Shown here in pieces: positions 20,607 to 29,294 of a stretch of DNA of 64,000 bases. Positions within the stretch are counted from its first letter, which is position 1. Every line of letters starts with the position of its first letter. Under the pieces are notes generated by a model. The model was not told the DNA's origin and searched no databases. It was given only the letters and a program-made list of their open reading frames with translations. This DNA is from an uncultured Gemmatimonadales bacterium (lineage in GTDB: Bacteria > Gemmatimonadota > Gemmatimonadetes > Longimicrobiales > RSA9): NCBI GenBank assembly GCA_963708135.1, contig OY970192.1, positions 1,184,001 to 1,248,000 on the forward strand. Reading direction: 5' to 3'. Made by a program: the position numbers and the translations under genes.

Positions 20607-21758
20607 CGAAGGGCGTTCCACGCGGAGACGCCGGGGAGCGGAGTCATTGTAGCGGTTCACGATGCGTCCCGATCCTTTCCGAGCGTTGCGACCACGACCG
20701 GCCCTTCACACGACCGCACCTTCACCGTTTTCGAAGGGCGTTCCACGCGGAGACGCCGGGGAGCGGAGTCATTGTAGCGGTTCACGGTGCGTCCCGATCC
20801 CTTCCGAGCGTTGCGACCACGACCGGCCCTTCACACGACCGCCCCTTCACCGTTTTCGAAGGGCGTTCCACGCGGAGACGCTGGGGAGCGGAGTCATTGT
20901 AGCGGTTCATGATGCGTCCCGATCCTTTCCGAGCGTTGCGACCACGACCGGCCCTTCACACGACCGCACCTTCGCCGTTTTCGAAGGGCGTTCCACGCGG
21001 AGACGCCGGGGAGCGGAGTCATTGTAGCGGTTCACGGTGCGTCCCGATCCTTTCCGAGCGTTGCGACCACGACCGGCCCTTCACACGACCGCACCTTCAC
21101 CGTTTTCGAAGGGCGTTCCACGCGGAGACGCCGGGGAGCGGAGTCATTGTAGCGGTTCACGATGCGTCCCGATCCCTTCATGAGCGTTGCGGCCACGACC
21201 GGCCCTTCACACGACCGCCCCTTCACCGTTTTCGAAGGGCGTTCCACGCGGAGACGCTGGGGAGCGGAGTCATTGTAGCGGTTCACGATGCGTCCCGATC
21301 CCTTCATGAGCGTTGCGGCCACGACCGGCCCTTCACCGTTCGAAGGGCGTTCCACGCGGAGACGCCGGGGAGCGGAGTCATTGTAGCGGTTCACGATGCG
21401 TCCCGATCCCTTCATGAGCGTTGCGGCCACGACCGGCCCTTCACCGTTTTCGAAGGGCGTTCCACGCGGAGACGCCGGGGAGCGGAGTCATTGTAGCGGT
21501 TCACGGTGCGTCCCGATCCCTTCATGAGCGTTGCGGCCACGACCGGCCCTTCACCGTTCGAAGGGCGTTCCACGCGGAGACGCCGGGAGCGGAGTCATTG
21601 TAGCCGCGCACCACGCGTCCCGATCCCTGTACGTGCGACCACGACCGGCCTTTCACCGTTCGAAGGGCGTTCCACGCGGAGACGCCGGGGAGCGGAGTCA
21701 TTGTAGCGGTTCACGATGCGTCTCGATCCCTGTATGAGCGTTGCGGCCACGACCGGCC
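20607..21758. repeat. Tandem array of 10 units (125,125,125,125,126,108,110,108,102 bp and one partial)
   Basis: Units start CGAAGGGCGTTCCACGCGGAGACGCCGGGGAGCGGAG at 20607, 20732, 20857, 20982, 21107, 21233, 21341, 21451, 21559, 21661. Confidence 0.97.
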
Positions 21759-21764
21759 ACTCCA

Positions 21765-22337
21765 CTAAGCGGACCCAGGCGGAGCGCCTCCTGGAAGCGG
21801 GTCCCTGTGTTCTCCGCTCCCGCTGCGTCTCCGCGTGGAACGCGGCCGACCCGGCCGACCCGGCTGACCCGGCTGACCCGGCTGACCCGGCTGACCCGGC
21901 TGACCCGGCTGACCCGGCTGACCCGGCCCTTCCACGCCGAGAGGCCGAGGAGCGGAGTCCACGTAGCCGTTCACGACGCGCTTGAATCCCTGCATGAGCG
22001 TTGCTCCGCCGAAATTGATCAACAGCCCCAGACGCAGGTCCAGGAGCCTCAGGTAGGTCAGGACCTGCTTCCAGTGCACCGGCGCGAGGCGGTCCACCGA
22101 CTTGATCTCGACCACGACAACCCCTTCGACCAGCAGGTCCAGGCGGAAGGCCTCTTCGAAGCGGATCCCCTCCAGCTCGAGTGGGATCCGCTTCTGGCGC
22201 TCGACGTGGAGCCCGCGCCGCTCGAGGTCCCTCTTGAGGAGGGCCTCGTAAACCGATTCGAGCAGCCCCGGTCCATAGCGACGATGCACGCCAATGGCGG
22301 AATCGAGGATCTCGCCCGACACAAAATCCAGGTCCAT
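21765..22337 (-). CDS. GxxExxY protein (PD-(D/E)XK nuclease-like) with repeat-encoded C-terminal tail
   Basis: GPGLLESVY signature, RLDLLVEGVVVVEIK catalytic-type motif, QVLTYL, GLLINF; GGAG RBS lies within the upstream repeat motif. Confidence 0.92.
   Translation of the reverse strand: MDLDFVSGEILDSAIGVHRRYGPGLLESVYEALLKRDLERRGLHVERQKRIPLELEGIRFEEAFRLDLLVEGVVVVEIKSVDRLAPVHWKQVLTYLRLLDLRLGLLINFGGATLMQGFKRVVNGYVDSAPRPLGVEGPGQPGQPGQPGQPGQPGQPGQPGRPGRPRSTRRRSGSGEHRDPLPGGAPPGSA
21843..21923. repeat. 9-bp microsatellite (CGGCYGACC)x9
   Basis: Nine tandem copies; encodes (PGQ)7(PGR)2 in the GxxExxY frame. Confidence 0.95.
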
Positions 22338-23280
22338 GCCGCGTTCTCCGCTCCCCCGCGTCTCCGCGTGGAACGCTGCCGATCCGTCCGGGGCGCAGGA
22401 ATAGACGGATGCGCCGGAGCTGGTCGTCCACGCGCGCGCCGAACGTCAGTCTGGGCCGCTCCCGGCAGGCTCGCGCCCTGCAGAACAGTCGGGTGCGGCC
22501 TCCTGCGGCAGCGTTGCCGTCTCCCTCCGGGGCAGGGCTCCGTTCGCCCACCCCGGTATCCGCGGGCCGTTTCACGCAGAGACGCCGGGGAGCGGAGTCA
22601 TCGTAGCGGTTCACGATGCGCCCCGATCCCTGTACGAGCGTTGCGGCCACGACCGGCCTTTCACCGTTTTCGAAGGGCGTTCCACGCGGAGACGCCGGGG
22701 AGCGGAGTTGTTGGAGCCGCGCACCACGCGTCCCGATCCCTTCATGAGCGTTGCTCCGCCGGCGCGAGGCAGCCGGAAGACCTCTTCGAAGCGGACCCTA
22801 TCCAGCTCGAGTGGGATCCGCCTCTGGCCCTCGACGTGGAGCCCGCGCCGCTCGGCCAGGTCCATGCCGCGTGCTCCGCTCCCCCGCGTCTCCGCGTGGA
22901 ACGCTGCCGATCCGTCCGGGGCGCAGGAATAGACGGATGCGCCGGAGCTGGTCGTCCACGCGCGCGCCGAACGTCAGTCTGGGCCGCTCCCGGCAGGCTC
23001 GCGCCCTGCAGAACAGTCGGGTGCGGCCTCCTGCGGCAGCGTTGCCGTCTCCCTCCGGGGCAGGGCTCCGTTCGCCCACCCCGGTATCCGCGGGCCGTTT
23101 CACGCAGAGACGCCGGGGAGCGGAGTCATCGTAGCGGTTCACGATGCGCCCCGATCCCTGTACGAGCGTTGCGGCCACGACCGGCCTTTCACCGTTTTCG
23201 AAGGGCGTTCCACGCGGAGACGCCGGGGAGCGGAGTTGTTGGAGCCGCGCACCACGCGTCCCGATCCCTTCATGAGCGTT
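22329..23280. repeat. Near-identical ~424-bp duplication with 528-bp offset (22329-22752 and 22857-23280)
   Basis: Direct sequence comparison. Confidence 0.9.
22680..22904 (-). pseudogene. Internally deleted GxxExxY mini-copy 1 flanked by inverted motifs
   Basis: MDLAERRGLHVEGQRRIPLELDRVRFEEVFRLPRAGGATLMKG; lacks GxxExxY and D..EIK segments. Confidence 0.85.
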
Positions 23281-23404
23281 CCGGCCACGACCGGCCATTC
23301 CGCTAAGCGGACGCAGGCGGAGCGCCTCCTGGAAGCGGGTCCCTGTGTGCTCCGCTCCCGCTGCGTCTCCGCGTGGAACGCGGCCGACCCGGCCGACCCG
23401 GCCC

Positions 23405-23630
23405 TTCCACGCCGAGACGCCGGGGAGCGGAGTCCTCGTAGCGGTTCACCACACGCGCTCGAACCCTCCATGAGCGTTGCTCCGCCGGCGCGAGGCAGGC
23501 GGAAGACCTCTTCGAAGCGGATCCCGTCCAGCTCGGGTGGGATCCGCCTCTGGCGCTCGACGTGGAGCCCGCGCCGCTCGGCCAGGTCCATGCCGCGTTC
23601 TCCGCTCCCCCGCGTCTCCGCGTGGAACGC
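23405..23630 (-). pseudogene. Internally deleted GxxExxY mini-copy 2
   Basis: Same deletion junctions as copy 1; ATG at 23591. Confidence 0.85.
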
Positions 23631-23687
23631 TGCCGATCCGTCCGGGGCGCAGGAATAGGCGGATGCGCCGGAGCTGGCCGCGGGCCC

Positions 23688-23913
23688 TTCCACGCCGAGA
23701 CGCCGGGGAGCGGAGTCCTCGTAGCGGTTCACCACACGCGCTCGAACCCTCCATGAGCGTTGCTCCGCCGGCGCGAGGCAGGCGGAAGACCTCTTCGAAG
23801 CGGACCCTATCCAGCTCGAGTGGGATCCGCCTCTGGCGCTCGACGTGGAGCCCGCGCCGCTCGTCCAGGTCCATGCCGCGTTCTCCGCTCCCCCGCGTCT
23901 CCGCGTGGAACGC
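23688..23913 (-). pseudogene. Internally deleted GxxExxY mini-copy 3
   Basis: Same deletion junctions; ATG at 23874. Confidence 0.85.
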
Positions 23914-23922
23914 TGCCGATCC

Positions 23923-24055
23923 GGCGGAAGACCTCTTCGAAGCGGATCCCGTCCAGCTCGAGTGGGGTCCGCATCTGGCCCTCGACGTGGAGCCCGCGCC
24001 GCTCGGCCAGGTCCACGCCGCGTTCTCCGCTCCCCCGCGTCTCCGCGTGGAACGC
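23923..24055 (-). pseudogene. Half mini-copy 4 (5' portion of deleted GxxExxY only)
   Basis: GTG at 24016, DLAERRGLHVEGQMRTPLELDGIRFEEVFR. Confidence 0.8.
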
Positions 24056-24082
24056 CGCCGATCCGTCCGGCGGAGCGTCCCT

Positions 24083-24412
24083 TCAAGGCTTCGGCGCCTG
24101 CGGCTCGGAGCTCCCGACCACCCGGTTCACCAGCTCCGTGAACACCTCAGGCGGCACCAGCCCCAGCGTGCCCGGCACCCCGATCAGCGTCAGGAAGTAG
24201 AACAGCGCCCACAGCCGATGGCCCGCTCCCGTCAGGATCGTCAGCAGGACCGAGATCGCGACGATCACCAGCCCCGTGAGGCGCACCGTCCGCCGCGGGC
24301 TCGGCGCGCGCTGCCGCGCCCACCGCGCCAGCCAGTACGCGGCCACCACCGCGCCGCTCACCAGCAGCATCTCCACCGCTCCCAGGATCCCGCCGATCAC
24401 GGAGCCGATCAT
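24083..24412 (-). CDS. Small membrane protein (about 3 TM)
   Basis: Hydrophobic 109 aa ORF, host-like codon bias, GAGG upstream. Confidence 0.7.
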   Translation of the reverse strand: MIGSVIGGILGAVEMLLVSGAVVAAYWLARWARQRAPSPRRTVRLTGLVIVAISVLLTILTGAGHRLWALFYFLTLIGVPGTLGLVPPEVFTELVNRVVGSSEPQAPKP

Positions 24413-24641
24413 GGCCGCCTCGCCCTTCTCGTAGTGCTCTCAGGGTAGCGCGCCCGTCGCGGGCGCGCGTTCCGATACCTCCGCCCCTGCAGGGACGGGG
24501 CCATGCCGCGCCCTCCCCGCCGCGCCCCCGCCGGCCGCCGCGCGCCCCCGGAATCCGCCGTCCGCGAGCGAAAATCCGCCCGCAACGGGCGCGCGTCGGC
24601 GCACCGCCCGCCGGCGCGCGCGCCGGGCGCACCCGCAAATC

Positions 24642-24747
24642 GTTACAGCCGGGCTGTAACATTTTAGCGGGTTTCAACCTCCGCGCCGTTGCGCGACCGT
24701 TGCGCCACAACGATTTCGGCCGCTCAACCCCATGGCACGCGTCTTGT
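24642..24747 (+). promoter_or_regulatory. Putative sigma54-type promoter: palindrome + CACAACG box + -24/-12
   Basis: GTTACAGCCGGGCTGTAAC 24642-24660; CGTTGCGCCACAACG 24698-24712; TGGCACGCGTCTTGT 24733-24747 (-12 imperfect). Confidence 0.5.
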
Positions 24748-24839
24748 CTCCGGAAGCGCCGCCTGTCGTGCGCCCGTGGGCCCCGTGCCGTGGCCCGGGG
24801 ACGATGCGCCATCTCCACCGACGTAACAGGGAGTTCCGC

Positions 24840-27044
24840 ATGATCGCGAGCCGTCGTTGGTTCGTTGCCCGGGGACGCGCCGTGCTCGGCTTCTCGCTCG
24901 GTCTCGGCCTCGTCATCGTGCTCGGCAGCTGCCAGGCCGACACGCTCTACCAGGCCGGCACTCCGAACGTCCAGCCGCCCACCATCGTCATCACCTCCCC
25001 CGCCACCGGCGCCGCCGTCCAGGCCGGGCACACCGTGCCCGTCCGCATGGTGGCCACCGACGCGGCGGGCGTCTCGCAGATCGTGCTCACCGTCTCCGGC
25101 GCGCTCCAGCAGACGATCGTGAAGAGCTACTCCCCGCCACGCGACTCCGTCGTGCTCGACACCGTCGTCGTCGTGCCGGCGGGCACCTCAGGCAACGTCC
25201 AGCTGCGCGCCCGCGCCGTGAACGCCGGCGGCGCCAGCGCCGAGTACGGCCCCGTCGCGCTCGCGGTCAGCTCGACCGACGTGATCGCGCCCACCGTGAC
25301 CATGACCTTCGGCTCGATGCCGCGCATGGAGCTGACGGACAGCTTCACGGTCCAGGTCCACGGCACCGACAACCCCGGCGGCAGCGGCGTGGCCAAGCTC
25401 GGCTACACGGCCATCGTCACGAATCCGCGGCTCGGGCAGACGCAGGCGTTCACCGACAGCGTCGTGCTGGCGCGGCCGGTGGCGGACACCACGGTCCGCT
25501 TCGCGCTCGCGCCGCCGCTCGTGGATGCCCTCGACCTGCCGGACTCGCTGCGCGTGGAGATGCACGCGTTCGCGGTGGACAGCGCCGGGCTCTGCACGGG
25601 CGCCGTGGACGCCAGCGGCACGCCGACCGTCGGCTGCGACGTGGCGACGATCGGCGGCAGGCAGGTGCGGGTGGCGGCCCGCGTCGGCGCGAAGGCCGAC
25701 GTGCTCGTGGTGGCCGGCCGGACCTCGGCCGTCCCCGGCGGCGGCTCGATCCCCGACCTGCTCGTGGACAACGCGCGCGCCCGGGTCTACGTCTCCAACT
25801 TCAGCCGCAACCTCGTGCAGGTGCTCGGCGCCGCGACCGGCGCCTGGCAGAGCGACGTCCAGGTCGGCTCCGAGCCCTGGGGGCTCGCCTGGAACGCCAA
25901 CCACGACAGCGTCTTCGTGGCCAACTCGGGCGGCACCAACCTTTCCGTGCTGTCCGTGTCCGGCACCCCGAAGGAGGACGTGGCGCGCCGCTTCTACACG
26001 CCCGACGCGCCGCTCTTCCAGATCAGCTCCAGCACCGGCGGCGGGGCCGTGCGCCTGTCCGGCACCTTCATCGAGCTGAGCGACCGGCCCCAGTACATCG
26101 CCGAGGACGCCGCCGGGCGGCTGCTCTACTCGACGCAGCCCACGCCCAGCGCCTCCGACGGCACCATCCGCGTCGTCACGCGCCAGCCGGGCTGGCCGAA
26201 GTCCGAGTCGCGCCTGCTCGTCCGCAGCCAGGACATCGTGTACGCCCAGAACTCGACCGCCATCGCGCACGTGGACAGCATCCAGCTCTACACCAACACC
26301 GGCGGCGACGACGCCATCCAGATCTGGGACCACCAGCCCGGCTTCCCGGGCACCATCATCGCCAGCGGCATCCAGAGCCTGCCGAACGCCATTGCCTACA
26401 TGGAGGCGCACGGCTCCGACATCCTCTGGGGCCAGGGCACCTGGTCGCTCAAGGACGTCGCCTTCGCCGACACCACGTTCGTGGCCGCCTCCGCCGACCG
26501 GAAGTGGCTCGCCTTTGGCGCCGGCGCCACCGCGCCCGCCGGCCGCATCGTGCTGTGGAGCTCCGACGCCGCCGCCATCAGCAGCAACGTCCCGGTCACC
26601 GACCTCGTCGCCAACGCCTCCGAGCGCGTGCAGGGCCTCGACCTCAACTCCGACGGCACCCTCGGCGCCGCCCGCTCCGACGTGGCCGCCTACTTCTTCA
26701 CCCGCGACCTCCGCCTCCAGGGCAGCTTCGCCGACGGCCTCGGCACCGGCGCGGGCGGCATCGCCATCGACCCCGGCCACCCCTCCTTCTACGAGGGGGT
26801 GCTGTCGAACCAGAACACGCTCGCCTTCGTCGGCACCGGCAACCACACGATCCGGATCATCGACACCATCCACTTCAACACCCGCGGCGAGATCGCCATC
26901 CGCGACAACATCGTCGGGCGGCTCGAGGCCGCACCGCGCCTCCCGGGCGACCCCGCGGACGTGGTGCTCAAGCTCTATGGCGTGACCAGCTCGGACGGCA
27001 TCCTCGTCCTCGATGTCCACAGCGGCGACATCACGAGCTTCTGA
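24840..27044 (+). CDS. Secreted lipoprotein with Ig-like domains and YncE-like beta-propeller
   Basis: Signal peptide ending in lipobox LGSC; PPTIVITSP Ig-like start; RVYVSN and VGSEPWGLA propeller repeats. Confidence 0.7.
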   Translation: MIASRRWFVARGRAVLGFSLGLGLVIVLGSCQADTLYQAGTPNVQPPTIVITSPATGAAVQAGHTVPVRMVATDAAGVSQIVLTVSGALQQTIVKSYSPPRDSVVLDTVVVVPAGTSGNVQLRARAVNAGGASAEYGPVALAVSSTDVIAPTVTMTFGSMPRMELTDSFTVQVHGTDNPGGSGVAKLGYTAIVTNPRLGQTQAFTDSVVLARPVADTTVRFALAPPLVDALDLPDSLRVEMHAFAVDSAGLCTGAVDASGTPTVGCDVATIGGRQVRVAARVGAKADVLVVAGRTSAVPGGGSIPDLLVDNARARVYVSNFSRNLVQVLGAATGAWQSDVQVGSEPWGLAWNANHDSVFVANSGGTNLSVLSVSGTPKEDVARRFYTPDAPLFQISSSTGGGAVRLSGTFIELSDRPQYIAEDAAGRLLYSTQPTPSASDGTIRVVTRQPGWPKSESRLLVRSQDIVYAQNSTAIAHVDSIQLYTNTGGDDAIQIWDHQPGFPGTIIASGIQSLPNAIAYMEAHGSDILWGQGTWSLKDVAFADTTFVAASADRKWLAFGAGATAPAGRIVLWSSDAAAISSNVPVTDLVANASERVQGLDLNSDGTLGAARSDVAAYFFTRDLRLQGSFADGLGTGAGGIAIDPGHPSFYEGVLSNQNTLAFVGTGNHTIRIIDTIHFNTRGEIAIRDNIVGRLEAAPRLPGDPADVVLKLYGVTSSDGILVLDVHSGDITSF

Positions 27045-27115
27045 CGATTCCGGCGTCCATTCCGCGGGGCCGGCGCAGGCGCGCCGCCCCCGCGCACACC
27101 CCTGGAGGCATTGGC

Positions 27116-27796
27116 ATGCGTGCTCTCTCTCGCGCTGCACTCGCTCTGCTACTCGTGGCCGCGGCCACGCCGGCGCTGGCGCAGGACTACGGCGCCTCCG
27201 CCGGCTGGTACGCCGCCGCGCTCCACGCCACCAGCATGAACAGCGGCGCGGCCGGCACCGCCATCAATCCCGGCTGGGGCTGGGCGGGCGGCGCGTACTA
27301 CGAGAAATGGCTCGGCTCCGGGCGCGTGGCCTACCGCTTCGACGGCTCGGTCGGGCGCCAGCAGATCCCATGGAACGGGCAGGACCGCAACGTCAACACC
27401 TGGCTCGGCGACTTCGGCCTCGAGCTCCGGCTGCTGCCCGCCGCCCCCGGCCGCTCCGTGAGCCCCTTCCTGAGCGCCGGCCCGGGCGTCGTGGTCTACG
27501 ACCTCGGCCGTGGCCTGCCCGTCACCGACGAGGCGGCGAACGCGCTCTATCAGGGCCGCCAGAAGGCCCTCTTCGCGCCCAACTTCGGCGGCGGCTTCGA
27601 CATCATCACCCCCTGGACCGTGGACTTCAACAACATCGTCGTCCGGCTCCAGGCCGATGACTACGTGGTGCTCAAGTCCCCGTTCCAGCCGATCTCCGGG
27701 TCCGATTTCGGCCTCGTGCACCAGCTCCGCTTCGCGATCGGGCTGCACGCCGGCATGGGCACGCTCGGCGGCGCCTCCGCCCAGCGCGTCCGCTAG
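27116..27796 (+). CDS. Outer membrane beta-barrel protein (OmpA/OmpW-like)
   Basis: GGAGG RBS, signal peptide ending ALA-Q, alternating beta strands, SPFLSAGPG, NFGGGFDI. Confidence 0.7.
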   Translation: MRALSRAALALLLVAAATPALAQDYGASAGWYAAALHATSMNSGAAGTAINPGWGWAGGAYYEKWLGSGRVAYRFDGSVGRQQIPWNGQDRNVNTWLGDFGLELRLLPAAPGRSVSPFLSAGPGVVVYDLGRGLPVTDEAANALYQGRQKALFAPNFGGGFDIITPWTVDFNNIVVRLQADDYVVLKSPFQPISGSDFGLVHQLRFAIGLHAGMGTLGGASAQRVR

Positions 27797-27798
27797 GC

Positions 27799-27927
27799 TG
27801 TAACGATGCATTACACCGTCTCCCGCACGGATCGTTACACCGCGGCCTTCCGGCCGGTGGGCGGATTGATGGAAGTCGTTGTGGCACAACGATTCACGTT
27901 TGGCGACAACGGTGGCCCGGCACTTGA
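27799..27927 (+). promoter_or_regulatory. Putative sigma54-type promoter of flp/tad operon
   Basis: TGTAACGAT 27799-27807 / ATCGTTACA 27831-27839 inverted pair; CGTTGTGGCACAACG 27877-27891; TGGCCCGGCACTTGA 27913-27927 (-12 imperfect). Confidence 0.5.
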
Positions 27928-28045
27928 CTCTACCCGGGTTCGGTCAGCGGGGCGCGTCACCCCTGATGGTTTCCCGTTTCCGGGCTGCCTCTGCAGCCCC
28001 GGCGCTTTCCAACCCAGGCCCTCGTGGCCGGAAAGGAGCACTCCA

Positions 28046-28231
28046 ATGCTGGAGCTGTGGAAGAGTTTCTGGACGGACCAGTCCGGGCAGGACCTGTCCG
28101 AGTACGCGCTTCTGCTCGTGCTGATCGCCGCCGCGCTGGTGACGATCATCATCGCGCTGCAGAACGAGATCAAGAGCGCGTTCAGCCGCGTCACGAGCGC
28201 GCTGTCCTCCGGTAACACGGCAGGCAGCTGA
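28046..28231 (+). CDS. flp: Flp family type IVb/IVc pilin
   Basis: AAGGAG RBS; DQSG|QDLSEYALLL prepilin motif then hydrophobic helix; 61 aa. Confidence 0.93.
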   Translation: MLELWKSFWTDQSGQDLSEYALLLVLIAAALVTIIIALQNEIKSAFSRVTSALSSGNTAGS

Positions 28232-28243
28232 CGGTGGGCACGT

Positions 28244-28272
28244 CGCGGGCGGCCCGCACGGGGCCGCCCGCG
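28244..28272 (+). terminator. GC hairpin after flp (attenuator or mRNA stabiliser)
   Basis: CGCGGGCGGCCC-GCACG-GGGCCGCCCGCG; no U-tract. Confidence 0.55.
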
Positions 28273-28337
28273 GGTGCTTCCCATGGGAGGCCGCCCCGAG
28301 GGGCGGTCGTCATGACGTTCTGGAAAGGGAGATCCGG

Positions 28338-28859
28338 GTGAGAGGCGAGGTCGAGTTCTGGGCGCTGCTGTTCCCGGTCCTGACCGCTGCGGCGGTCTGG
28401 GACTGGCGTGCGCGCGTGATCCCGAACTGGCTGACGCTCTCCGCCCTGCTGGTCGCGCTCGGGCTGGCGGCCCTCCCCGGCGGGATCGACCTCGTGGCCT
28501 CGCTCGAGGGAGCCGCGCTGGGGCTCGGCTTCGGCTTCGTGCTCTTCGTCCTCGGCGCGCTCGGCGGCGGTGACGCCAAGCTGTTCGCGGCCGTGGGCGC
28601 GTTCCTCGGCCCGCTATCGTTCCTCTATGCGCTGCTGGCGGTGATCCTGGTCGGCGGAGCCATGGCCCTGGTGGCGGTGGTGCGCAAGGGCGCGCTGCGG
28701 GCCACGCTCGGCAACATGGGCCTGATCGTCCTGAGCCTGGTGACCTTCGGCCTGGCCGGCCGGCGGGTCACCCTGAGCTCGGAGGGAGCGATCGCCGTGC
28801 CCTACGGCATCGCGATCGCCATCGGGACCGTCATCGCCCACGTCTGGGGGCTCGCATGA
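28338..28859 (+). CDS. cpaA: Prepilin peptidase A24 (CpaA/TadV)
   Basis: WDWRARVIPNWL, GGGDAKL, PYGIAI. Confidence 0.9.
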   Translation: MRGEVEFWALLFPVLTAAAVWDWRARVIPNWLTLSALLVALGLAALPGGIDLVASLEGAALGLGFGFVLFVLGALGGGDAKLFAAVGAFLGPLSFLYALLAVILVGGAMALVAVVRKGALRATLGNMGLIVLSLVTFGLAGRRVTLSSEGAIAVPYGIAIAIGTVIAHVWGLA

Positions 28860-29281
28860 GACGGATCGCAAGCCGATGCGGATGGACGCCCCGGCCCCGC
28901 GGCGGACAGGCGCTCGTGGAGTTCGCCTTCGTGCTGCCGATCCTGCTCCTGCTGATCCTCGGCATCTTCGAGTTCGGGCGCGCCTACAATGCGTACGAGG
29001 TGGTCACCGACGTCGCCCGCGAGGCAGCGCGCCGCGCGGTAGTGGACGACACCTCGAGCACCGCCACGATCCGGGGCGTGGCCGTCGCCGACCTCGACCG
29101 CGCCGGGCTCGCCGCGGCCGACAGCATGGTCACGGTCAGCGATCCGAACACGGCGGGGGCGACCACCACCGTGACGATCCAGTACCCGTTCAAGTTCCTG
29201 TTCCTCGGGCCCATGCTCTCGTGGGCCACCGGACAGGATCAGGTCGTGCTCAGCAGCACCTGCGAAATGCGGCACGAGTAG
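28856..29281 (+). CDS. tadE: TadE-like pseudopilin
   Basis: RGGQALVEFAFVLP...AREAAR. Confidence 0.88.
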   Translation: MRRIASRCGWTPRPRGGQALVEFAFVLPILLLLILGIFEFGRAYNAYEVVTDVAREAARRAVVDDTSSTATIRGVAVADLDRAGLAAADSMVTVSDPNTAGATTTVTIQYPFKFLFLGPMLSWATGQDQVVLSSTCEMRHE

Positions 29282-29294
29282 CCAAGGAAGAGTC

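Noticed and set aside
10153..20647. Long antisense or alternate-frame ORFs and N-terminal extensions (10153-12867, 12399-14279, 10629 and 14312 starts, 17688-19802)
   Set aside because: Shadow ORFs typical of high GC3; Arg/Ala/Pro-rich with no motifs; real starts assigned at stop/start overlaps
20607..21758. CRISPR array
   Set aside because: Inter-motif sequences are near-identical rather than unique spacers, the period is 102-126 bp, and no cas genes are in the window
21765..22337. Diversity-generating retroelement or retron explanation for the gene-derived repeats
   Set aside because: No reverse transcriptase in the window, and differences between copies are not evidently adenine-specific
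20591..24448. Many overlapping ORFs in the repeat region (for example 20909-21496, 21741-23306, 21595-22650)
   Set aside because: Products of repetitive GC-rich DNA; only the GxxExxY frame and its deleted copies carry family motifs
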